A stretch of 59,268 bases of DNA, taken from contig CAYVME010000002.1 in assembly GCA_964452415.1 (NCBI GenBank), forward strand, positions 1 to 59,268, written 5' to 3'. A program made the position numbers and the translations under genes. Source of the stretch: an uncultured Bdellovibrionales bacterium. GTDB taxonomy: Bacteria > Patescibacteriota > Minisyncoccia > Moranbacterales > GWC2-37-73. Of the stretch, positions 9,539 through 17,007 are shown piece by piece (the first letter of the stretch is position 1; each line of letters opens with the position of its first letter). A model generated the notes under the pieces. It worked only from the letters and a program-made list of their open reading frames with translations, did no database searches and was not told the origin of the DNA.

Positions 9539-9754
9539 TTAAATCCTTTTTTTCAACCTCATACAGAGGTAAAGAATCAATAGACCAAAAATAATGAAGA
9601 CAGGAATTATTATCTCCCCGACCGTTTTTAAATCTTCAACGGCAGACCAGTTAAAAACATGCAACAACAACAAAATAACAGCTGTTGCTACAAGCGATAA
9701 AAAAAATATCGCCGATAACATGAAAATCATTTCCTTTGTTTTCTCAGTTGGCAT
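9539..9754 (-). CDS. Small two-TM membrane protein (hypothetical)
   Basis: 71-aa ORF with two hydrophobic helices. It has a strong SD (GGGGAGGG) 4 nt upstream of the ATG and its own promoter. Confidence 0.6.
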   Translation of the reverse strand: MPTEKTKEMIFMLSAIFFLSLVATAVILLLLHVFNWSAVEDLKTVGEIIIPVFIIFGLLILYLCMRLKKRI

Positions 9755-9844
9755 TTAGCCCTCCCCTGTTTCCTTTATTTTTAAATGATTATTGAATCAT
9801 ATTAAGAACCATTGAATACTGTATCACAAATTATTCAACAGATA

Positions 9845-9873
9845 ATAGTAACACCTATTTCAACTTTTGTCAA
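9845..9873 (-). promoter_or_regulatory. Sigma70-type promoter for the 71-aa membrane protein
   Basis: On the minus strand: TTGACA (9873-9868), a 17-nt spacer, then TGtTACTAT as an extended -10 (9850-9845). Confidence 0.55.
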
Positions 9874-9923
9874 GAGAAAGAAAAAGACTGCCTATTTTTC
9901 AATAAACAGCCTTATTTTTCAGC

Positions 9924-10856
9924 TCATGACAAAGTGATAATAACCGCCCCAACAACCATGATTAGTGTGGCTATGATTTTTTGTGTCAGATTGCTTCGCT
10001 CCTTGAAATAGAAAACTCCAATCAAAAAAGCAAAGAGTGGCATGGTTCGCTTGATTGCAAAAACATTGGCAACTGTTGCCGACTGCAAAGCATAATTAAT
10101 GCTTCCATTGGCAATTGCAATTGCAACTCCCGCCAAAACGGTTGCTAACAAGAAAGTTTTTCCTGCTTTTCCAGTGAGGTTTTGTCTGATAATTTGCAAC
10201 GACTCGCTGCGCTTTCCTGCCACGGGAATAAGAAACGCAAGCGGAATGAAACCAATAGCAATGAACAAGTGAATTACATATGATGCAAAAAGAGCACTTC
10301 CGCTTTCAACCACGAGAATTTTTGCAAATGTTGGCGTGAAAGTGTAACAAATTGCTGTCGCGAGAAAATACAAAACTCCTTTGCGGTTGTTCTTTCTTTT
10401 TTCAAGCTCCTTTTCTGTTAATTTTCCCTTGCCCTTCCAATCCATTGCAAGCGCTCCCACAACAACAACGGTAATTCCGACAAAACTCATCACGGAAGGA
10501 TATTCGCCAAGCAAAATCATTGGTGGAATTATCAAGGACAAACTTGTCAATGTCATGAAAGGCATCAGATAACTCAAGTCAGCCGCATCCAATGCCTTGT
10601 AACTGAACCAAACTGCAATGATATTAAGCCCAACCATCCAACCTAAATTGATCCAGAATGTGTTGGAAAGATTATGCACGGGCGCAAGAGTTCCCTCTTG
10701 AAACGCATATGTCAGCGCAAACAAAATTCCTGCAACCAAAAAAGCAATAACAGCAACGACATTATTCATGCCCTTGGTTTGCAATGCCTTTTTCTTGATA
10801 CCGCTTTCAACTGCCTGAAACATTGCACCTAAAAGTGCAAATATTATCCAATTCAT
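9924..10856 (-). CDS. EamA/DMT superfamily transporter
   Basis: 310-aa polytopic ORF with the duplicated 5-TM layout typical of EamA proteins. A strong SD (GAGGAGGTGA) precedes the ATG. Confidence 0.65.
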   Translation of the reverse strand: MNWIIFALLGAMFQAVESGIKKKALQTKGMNNVVAVIAFLVAGILFALTYAFQEGTLAPVHNLSNTFWINLGWMVGLNIIAVWFSYKALDAADLSYLMPFMTLTSLSLIIPPMILLGEYPSVMSFVGITVVVVGALAMDWKGKGKLTEKELEKRKNNRKGVLYFLATAICYTFTPTFAKILVVESGSALFASYVIHLFIAIGFIPLAFLIPVAGKRSESLQIIRQNLTGKAGKTFLLATVLAGVAIAIANGSINYALQSATVANVFAIKRTMPLFAFLIGVFYFKERSNLTQKIIATLIMVVGAVIITLS

Positions 10857-10905
10857 AAGCTCACCTCCTCAGTGATATTATTTTACTGTTAATGTGCAAC
10901 GGTAA

Positions 10906-10934
10906 ATAATAACACTTTATTGTTAAAAAGTCAA
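10906..10934 (-). promoter_or_regulatory. Sigma70-type promoter for the EamA gene
   Basis: On the minus strand: TTGACT (10934-10929), a 17-nt spacer, then TATTAT (10911-10906). Confidence 0.5.
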
Positions 10935-10940
10935 ATGTTT

Positions 10941-11648
10941 TTATTGCAAAATATCTTCCAAGTACTTTTTTACTTCTAATTGTTGTTCTATTGAATTTTC
11001 CAACTCAATAGCTGAAATTTTTGGAACATATTTCACATAATTTTTCAAATAATCAAATTCTCTGAAATTATTCATTCTGTGTGAATCGTGCTGTAAAAGT
11101 TCTGGCTTAACAGGATTGGGAATAAGTTCATCGCTTATTGGCGAAAGATGACAAACCCCGATGGGATATTTTGCAATGCGCTCTTTCATCTGTCTGTCAT
11201 ATTCTTCGTTGCCAAGACGCACTTGGTTTTCCCAGTGAGAAAAATCAATGCAAAGTCCACCGAATTTTGAAAGTTCTTCCTCAGTTGGAACAAGCTTGCC
11301 ATTTTCAATAAAAATTTGTTTGGCATATTTTGAATAGTCAAAAACAACTGGCCAAGTTGCAGTCGTGTGAATGTTGAAGACCTTAGTGTGAAAATTTTCC
11401 ACCAAAAAATCCAATTCTTCCAAATCCATGTCTTGTCCACGCAAATGCACAAAGGGAATTTTTTCAATTGAAGTTTTTTTCAATTCCTCATACAATTTGT
11501 AGCGAGCTTCTTTTTCCAAGACTGTTGGAAAAAGTCCAATTTCTTTCAATTTTAATCTTCTGATATCTTCAATCATTTTCATCCAATCACCCACTCCAGC
11601 CTGCATTGTGACAGTGGTCAAGCTTGGCAAAAAATTTACTTCTTTCAT
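10941..11648 (-). CDS. Hypothetical cytoplasmic protein (function not recognised)
   Basis: 235-aa ORF with no TM segments and no motif I can name. Coding is supported by its length and tight packing. Confidence 0.6.
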   Translation of the reverse strand: MKEVNFLPSLTTVTMQAGVGDWMKMIEDIRRLKLKEIGLFPTVLEKEARYKLYEELKKTSIEKIPFVHLRGQDMDLEELDFLVENFHTKVFNIHTTATWPVVFDYSKYAKQIFIENGKLVPTEEELSKFGGLCIDFSHWENQVRLGNEEYDRQMKERIAKYPIGVCHLSPISDELIPNPVKPELLQHDSHRMNNFREFDYLKNYVKYVPKISAIELENSIEQQLEVKKYLEDILQ

Positions 11649-11699
11649 AGAATATTTTCAGCTAATCGTTACGACTTCAGAATACACCAATTTGAACAA

Positions 11700-11737
11700 T
11701 TAAAAAACCCCGGGGAGAATACTCTCCGGGGTTTTCT
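11700..11737. terminator. Rho-independent terminator (serves the minus-strand oxidoreductase gene)
   Basis: GC-rich stem CCCCGGGGAGA (11708-11718) / TCTCCGGGG (11723-11731). An A6 run on the plus strand (11702-11707) gives the U-tract on the minus strand. Confidence 0.75.
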
Positions 11738-11747
11738 TTCAGCATTG

Positions 11748-12869
11748 TTACATATTCGCGACTCTTGCTATGGGAGTGTCATAAGTAATGTTATACACCA
11801 CCATCAATCCACCGCCATTCATATGACTGCGTAGTACGGAGTCCGAGAAACGAACTGCCATCAACGCTTCGGCAAAGTCAGTTGAGCGTGGGTCTTTTGC
11901 CTGGCCATCAGTAACGGCGAGGAATGCGCGGGTTTCTTCCAGGATTTTGTTGCAGGCTTTCTCTATAACTTCAACCGAGTTGTTCTCGATTTTGGTAAGA
12001 GTCAGCCGGTCGGTGAATTTCCCTGCGCCGAGCGGAATGTCGAATTCCATACCAGCATAATAAACCGGCTTGCGCGGGTCATCAGCACTGCAGAGCAGAA
12101 CACCGACTTCACGACGCTGAGTGCCCATGATGTAGGAACTGTGAATACTGAAAGTCAAACATTCGCATTTGTCAGTCACCACCTGCTCCGTAATCATGGA
12201 GCTGGCATTGACTGAATCAGCGGCAGGGAATGTCGGGTCAAGCTCTCTGGCTTTGTCCTGAGCAGCTTCGTCGACATATTTCGGAAAAGTAAGCCGTCCC
12301 GAAACACTGATTCCCTGAATCGTTTGGTTGATGCCAGCGAGCATATGAAGCACGCCGACGCCGTGAACACTTTCGTCTTCCAGGTCGCCCGGAGTCGGAC
12401 GGTTGTTGCCGAAACGATTCTTGCCCCAGAGCACATGTCCTTCAGTAAGAATCAGGTTTTCTTTTTTCATCAGTTCGGTCAAATCCGCAAGGATAGGGCT
12501 GAAATTAATGAGAAAAGCAGAATAAACCTTGGTTCCGGTTTTGGCGATAACATCACGGATAGCGTATACCGCATCGATGTTCATGCCTAAGGGTTTTTCG
12601 CAGAAGATGTGATGACAATGACGCAAAGCCAAGGCAATGATGACCTTGTGATGACTCGGAGTATTTGTGCAGACAATAGCCACACCTGGCACATTTCCTG
12701 TCATCATGTCACGGCAATCAATCCCCGGCCACTGCTTTTGGGCCTGTTCGACCTTCGACAAGTCAATGTCAAAGCCGACAATTTCATCTTCCCTGAAACC
12801 CATGGCTAGCAGGTTATTGATATACACCTTCCCCATCTGCCCCAATCCAGCAATAATAATTTTTTGCAT
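11748..12869 (-). CDS. Gfo/Idh/MocA family NAD-dependent oxidoreductase (WbpB-like sugar-nucleotide dehydrogenase candidate)
   Basis: 373-aa ORF with an N-terminal Rossmann motif (IIIAGLGQMGKVY) and the EKP motif (FCEKPLG). SD AAGGAG lies 7 nt upstream. G+C is visibly higher than in its neighbours. Confidence 0.8.
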   Translation of the reverse strand: MQKIIIAGLGQMGKVYINNLLAMGFREDEIVGFDIDLSKVEQAQKQWPGIDCRDMMTGNVPGVAIVCTNTPSHHKVIIALALRHCHHIFCEKPLGMNIDAVYAIRDVIAKTGTKVYSAFLINFSPILADLTELMKKENLILTEGHVLWGKNRFGNNRPTPGDLEDESVHGVGVLHMLAGINQTIQGISVSGRLTFPKYVDEAAQDKARELDPTFPAADSVNASSMITEQVVTDKCECLTFSIHSSYIMGTQRREVGVLLCSADDPRKPVYYAGMEFDIPLGAGKFTDRLTLTKIENNSVEVIEKACNKILEETRAFLAVTDGQAKDPRSTDFAEALMAVRFSDSVLRSHMNGGGLMVVYNITYDTPIARVANM

Positions 12870-13018
12870 TTTTCTTTCTCCTTATTTGGCCGAAGCCGGA
12901 TATAAGCCGAAAAACGGCTGTTTGTTAAGTTTCAAAATCCACTGTGGCCATTCCACTATGGATTTTCTATTATACGCTCTTTTAATGAAAAAGTCAAGCC
13001 GCCAAACACAGGATTCCA

Positions 13019-13047
13019 TTGACCGCATTTCCATAAAAGAATATAAT
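13019..13047 (+). promoter_or_regulatory. Sigma70-type promoter for the nucleotide-sugar dehydrogenase gene
   Basis: TTGACC (13019-13024), a 17-nt spacer, then TATAAT (13042-13047). Confidence 0.55.
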
Positions 13048-13105
13048 GACTCCAGTTGGTTTTGAGGCAATTTCACTGCCAATCTAATATGTAAATAAAA
13101 ATTTT

Positions 13106-14386
13106 ATGACAAAAACGAAGGATCAAAAAGTGTGCATCATCGGAATGGGATATGTCGGATTGCCACTGGCTGCAGTTGCTGCCAAGAATGGCTATGTTGT
13201 CACTGGATTTGATTTGGATGAAAAAAAACTTGAAATCATTCGCCAAGGAAAGAGTCCTTTCTATGAAAAATTCTTGGAGGACATGCTCCCTCAACCAAAC
13301 CTGACTGTTTCCTCTGATCCTTTGGATATCAGAGATCATGACATCTATGTCATCTGCGTTCCAACGCCAGTTGATGACAAACACAACCCAATCATAAAGA
13401 TTGTTGCTGATGCATCCAGAACCGTTGCGCAAAACATGAGCAAGGGCGCTTTGGTCATTTTAGAATCAACCGTGAACCCTGGTGTTAGTGAAGAAGTGGT
13501 GAAACCAATTTTTGAAAAAGAAGGATTTGTTGTCAGCAAAGATGTTTTCATCTCTCACTGCCCTGAACGCGTGAACCCAGGAGATGAAAAATGGAATGTC
13601 ACCAATCTTCCACGAGTGGTTGGTTCTTTTGATGAAATTGGACTCAAGCGCACCATGGATTTCTACAAAAACATTACCTCTGGGGAACTCGCTCCAATGG
13701 ACAACATTCGTGAAGCTGAAGCCACAAAGATTTTGGAAAATTCTTTCCGCGACATCAACATCGCATTTGTTAATGAAATGGCAATGTCTTTTGCGAGAAT
13801 TGATATTGACATCACTAATGTAATTCGAGGAGCTTCATCCAAATTTTCTTTCATGCCACACTGGCCAGGTTGCGGGGTTGGTGGACATTGCATTCCAGTT
13901 GATCCATATTACATGATTGAAAAAGGTAAAGAAAACAATTTTGATCACAAATTTTTGTCAGCTGCTCGACAGATAAATGACGGGATGATGGGTTTTACAG
14001 TGGAATTGCTTCAAGACAAACTCAATGAGGTTGAACTTCCCGTCAAAGGAACCAAGGTTGGATTACTGGGAATTTCATACAAAGCCAATATTGGAGATCT
14101 GCGAGAAAGTCCAGCTTTGCACATTATCAAGATGATCAAAAAAATGGGAGCAAATTTGAAAACTTTCGATCCATATGTTGAAAGTCTTTCCACAGCCAAG
14201 AGCATTGAGGAAATATTAAAGCACTCACAAGCTTTGGTGATCACAACTGACCACAATGAATTCAAAAAAATTCCTGTCCAAGCGTTTATTGACAATGGCA
14301 TTAAAGTAATCGTTGACGGCAAAAATTGTCTTGACAAGAAAGCCATCCGCGCAGCAGGAATTATTTATGCTGGAATCGGACGATAA
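13106..14386 (+). CDS. Nucleotide-sugar dehydrogenase, UDP-GlcNAc/UDP-ManNAc 6-dehydrogenase family (WbpA/WecC-like)
   Basis: 426-aa ORF with a Rossmann motif (KVCIIGMGYVGLPLA) and the catalytic-Cys motif (GVGGHCIPVDPYY). Confidence 0.85.
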   Translation: MTKTKDQKVCIIGMGYVGLPLAAVAAKNGYVVTGFDLDEKKLEIIRQGKSPFYEKFLEDMLPQPNLTVSSDPLDIRDHDIYVICVPTPVDDKHNPIIKIVADASRTVAQNMSKGALVILESTVNPGVSEEVVKPIFEKEGFVVSKDVFISHCPERVNPGDEKWNVTNLPRVVGSFDEIGLKRTMDFYKNITSGELAPMDNIREAEATKILENSFRDINIAFVNEMAMSFARIDIDITNVIRGASSKFSFMPHWPGCGVGGHCIPVDPYYMIEKGKENNFDHKFLSAARQINDGMMGFTVELLQDKLNEVELPVKGTKVGLLGISYKANIGDLRESPALHIIKMIKKMGANLKTFDPYVESLSTAKSIEEILKHSQALVITTDHNEFKKIPVQAFIDNGIKVIVDGKNCLDKKAIRAAGIIYAGIGR

Positions 14387-14388
14387 TA

Positions 14389-14417
14389 TTGTCCTAAATT
14401 CAATAAGGATGTATAAT
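14389..14417 (+). promoter_or_regulatory. Sigma70-type promoter with an ATAAGGA block upstream of the -10
   Basis: TTGTCC (14389-14394), a 17-nt spacer, then TATAAT (14412-14417). The spacer ends in AATAAGGATG, similar to the promoters at 44695 and 48088. Confidence 0.5.
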
Positions 14418-14444
14418 CTGAAAAGAAACAGGACGATAATTTAT

Positions 14445-14524
14445 AAGTCCATCAAGTCGAAAGTCCATCGAGTCGAAAGCATTTTTGCTTTATAGACTTT
14501 ATGAACTTTATAGGCTTTTGACTC
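14445..14524. repeat. Long imperfect hairpin built from complementary 'word' repeats
   Basis: Left arm AAGTCCATCAAGTCGAAAGTCCATCGAGTCGAAAGC, loop ATTTTT, right arm GCTTTATAGACTTTATGAACTTTATAGGCTTTTGACTC. The arms pair in blocks with regular internal loops. Confidence 0.6.
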
Positions 14525-14528
14525 TCTC

Positions 14529-14759
14529 ATGTTTCATTTAATAAAATTCATCATTTGGTTGGCTGGCATCGCGGTGGTTGCATATTTTGTGCTCCCCTAT
14601 TTTGGATATGAGATAAACATGAATTATTTCAATGAAAGCAAGATCTCTTGCCAACAAAGAATTAATGACTGTTCCAAGAATCTGATCCAACAAGGAACAC
14701 AAAATGCGCAGTGCGATCTAATGTGCGTTGATCCAACCCTAATAATTAAAAAACAATAA
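14529..14759 (+). CDS. Small membrane-anchored Cys-containing protein (hypothetical)
   Basis: 76-aa ORF with an N-terminal TM helix and four Cys in the tail. It ends 1 nt before the next gene's ATG. Confidence 0.55.
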   Translation: MFHLIKFIIWLAGIAVVAYFVLPYFGYEINMNYFNESKISCQQRINDCSKNLIQQGTQNAQCDLMCVDPTLIIKKQ

Positions 14760-14760
14760 A

Positions 14761-15711
14761 ATGAGACTGATTGTAAACCTTCCAGCTTTCAATGAGGAAG
14801 AAAAGATTGCGGAAACTATTAAGCGCATCCCGAGACAAATTGAAGGAATTGATGAAGTGTTGGTCCAAATTATTGACGATGGTTCAAAAGACAAAACCAT
14901 TGAAGCCGCCAAGAATGCTGGTGCTGATTTTATCTATCCAAACGGAATCAATCGCGGAATTGGAATCACTTTCAAGAATGCCGTTGAGCATGCATTGGAC
15001 AATGGAGCTGACATTATGTGCAACATGGATGCTGACGGACAATTCAATCCTCAAGACATCATCAAGATTATATCTCCAATCCTGAAAAAAGAAGCTGACA
15101 TGGTTAGCGCAACTCGCTTTGGCGACAAGGAAGCCAAAGACATGCCAAAAGCGAAATATTACCTCAATCTTATTGCTGCCAAAATTATTGGAAATTTCAT
15201 GGATTATCCAATCGATGATCTTACTTGCGGTTTCAGGGCTTACAGCAGAGAAACAATGATCCGCTTGAACATAACCCCTGGGTTCACATATACACAAGAA
15301 ACAATCATCGATGCGATTGGAAAAAATTTAAAATTAAAATGGATTCCTGTTGAAGTGACATATTTCGCTGGTCGAAAATCCAGAGTTGTAAAAAGCATCT
15401 TCAACTATGTCAGCAACAGCGGAAAAATCATCCTTGAAGCGGTTCGTGATGTGCGCCCAATGAAATTTTTTGGTTGGCCAGCACTCATACTACTTTTGAT
15501 ATCTTTTGGTTTTTTTGCATACTTTTTCACTCTATACTTCCAAGATTTCAAGATAACAGCTCACCGAAACATCTTGTTTGCCGGCATAACCCTTTTGATT
15601 GTCGGGGTTCAATTCTTGATTTTTGCCTTCATTGCAGACATGATCAAATCTGCACGAAAGCTCATCGAAGATCAAGCGCACACTCTTCGGAAATGGCGTT
15701 ACAAAAAATAA
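14761..15711 (+). CDS. GT2 polyprenyl-phosphate glycosyltransferase (GtrB/ArnC/Dpm1-like)
   Basis: 316-aa ORF with a GT-A N-terminus (NLPAFNEEEKIAETIKRI, DDGSKDKT, DADGQ) and two C-terminal TM helices. Confidence 0.85.
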   Translation: MRLIVNLPAFNEEEKIAETIKRIPRQIEGIDEVLVQIIDDGSKDKTIEAAKNAGADFIYPNGINRGIGITFKNAVEHALDNGADIMCNMDADGQFNPQDIIKIISPILKKEADMVSATRFGDKEAKDMPKAKYYLNLIAAKIIGNFMDYPIDDLTCGFRAYSRETMIRLNITPGFTYTQETIIDAIGKNLKLKWIPVEVTYFAGRKSRVVKSIFNYVSNSGKIILEAVRDVRPMKFFGWPALILLLISFGFFAYFFTLYFQDFKITAHRNILFAGITLLIVGVQFLIFAFIADMIKSARKLIEDQAHTLRKWRYKK

Positions 15712-15735
15712 AGTCTCATTTGTTCCACATCCTCA

Positions 15736-15768
15736 AAAGAATACCACTAATTCGTGGTATTTTTTTCT
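15736..15768 (+). terminator. Rho-independent terminator
   Basis: Stem ATACCAC (15741-15747) / GTGGTAT (15754-15760), followed by a T-run (T6 at 15761-15766). Confidence 0.75.
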
Positions 15769-15796
15769 TGTAAAAAGCTTCAATATGCGGTATCAT
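15768..15796 (+). promoter_or_regulatory. Sigma70-type promoter for the GT4 gene
   Basis: TTGTAA (15768-15773), a 17-nt spacer, then TATCAT (15791-15796). Confidence 0.45.
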
Positions 15797-15822
15797 ATAT
15801 GCATGATTATTAAGTGAAAATT

Positions 15823-16911
15823 ATGGAAAAAATCAAGATATTATTCATTTCTCACACCTATCCCCCAATTGTTGGTGGTGTTGAAACTCAAAATTTTGAG
15901 CTTTTTTCATCGCTCTCAAAAATTTCAGATTGCAAGCTTTTGGCCAACCGAAATCGAAAAATGATCCCTCTGTTTTTGCCATTCGCACTCATCCATGCAG
16001 TCTTTCAAATTCGAAAATATGATGTGCTTGTTTTGGGTAGCAGTCTTTTGGGGATTATTGGTTGGACGGTGAAGTTTTTTTCAAAAAAACCAGTCATCGC
16101 TGTCGCGCACGGACTTGATCTGACCTGGAAAAACAGCCTGTATCAAAAATTGTGGGTGCAAAAATTCATCCCTTCGTTGGACAAACTTATTGCAGTTGGA
16201 AACGAAACAATCAGGGCCGGAGTTGAAAGAGGAATTCCTGCAGAAAAATTCGTCTTCATTCCAAACGGAGTGGATGCTGACAAACATCTTGTTTCGGCCA
16301 CCCGGCAAGACATGGAAAAAATCATTGGCCAATCAGCTGAAAACAAAAGAATTCTTCTGACAACTGGCAGACTCGCCAAACGAAAAGGTGTAGCGTGGTT
16401 CATTGAAAATGTCATGCCCACATTAAGCGAAGATTTTGTATATATCATTGCTGGTGCCGGACCAGACAAAGAAAATATTGCTTCAGCTATCAAAAAAACA
16501 AATCTTGCACAGCGTGTGCTGACTCTTGGATATGTTTCAGATGAAGATCGAAATATTCTTTGGGCCACAGCTGATCTTTTCGTGCAACCAAATATCAAAG
16601 TTTCTGGCGATATGGAAGGTTTTGGAATTTCAGTTATTGAAGCTGGGGCATCCAGACTTCCAGTTCTGGCTTCTGATATGGAGGGATTGAAAGATGCAAT
16701 CAAGGATGGCAAAAATGGTTTCTTGGTTGAATCACAAAATGCCGAAGCATACGCTGCAAAAATCAATGAGCTTTTTGCAGATGGAAGTCCCCGAGAAAAA
16801 TTCGGCGAGCAAGTGCGAAATTTTGTGGTTGAAAATTATCAATGGAAAAACATCGCGAAAACATATTTAGAAGAAATCAAAAAGACAATCACGGTGATCA
16901 GTCATCAGTGA
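15823..16911 (+). CDS. GT4 family glycosyltransferase
   Basis: EX7E region EGFGISVIEAGASRLPVLASD. I prefer the ATG at 15823 over the track's GTG at 15814. Confidence 0.85.
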   Translation: MEKIKILFISHTYPPIVGGVETQNFELFSSLSKISDCKLLANRNRKMIPLFLPFALIHAVFQIRKYDVLVLGSSLLGIIGWTVKFFSKKPVIAVAHGLDLTWKNSLYQKLWVQKFIPSLDKLIAVGNETIRAGVERGIPAEKFVFIPNGVDADKHLVSATRQDMEKIIGQSAENKRILLTTGRLAKRKGVAWFIENVMPTLSEDFVYIIAGAGPDKENIASAIKKTNLAQRVLTLGYVSDEDRNILWATADLFVQPNIKVSGDMEGFGISVIEAGASRLPVLASDMEGLKDAIKDGKNGFLVESQNAEAYAAKINELFADGSPREKFGEQVRNFVVENYQWKNIAKTYLEEIKKTITVISHQ

Positions 16912-16974
16912 CCAGTCATCAAAAAATAACCCTGCATTCACAAAAGATGACTAATGAAGGATTACTGATGACTC
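16894..16974. repeat. Imperfect inverted 'word' repeat (GTCATCAGT family)
   Basis: AGTCATCAGT and AGTCATC blocks at 16894-16920 pair with GATGACT...ACTGATGACT at 16946-16974. The left arm encodes the last codons of the GT4 gene. Confidence 0.55.
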
Positions 16975-17007
16975 TTAATTGATTATAATCAAAACAACAC
17001 TAAAAAA

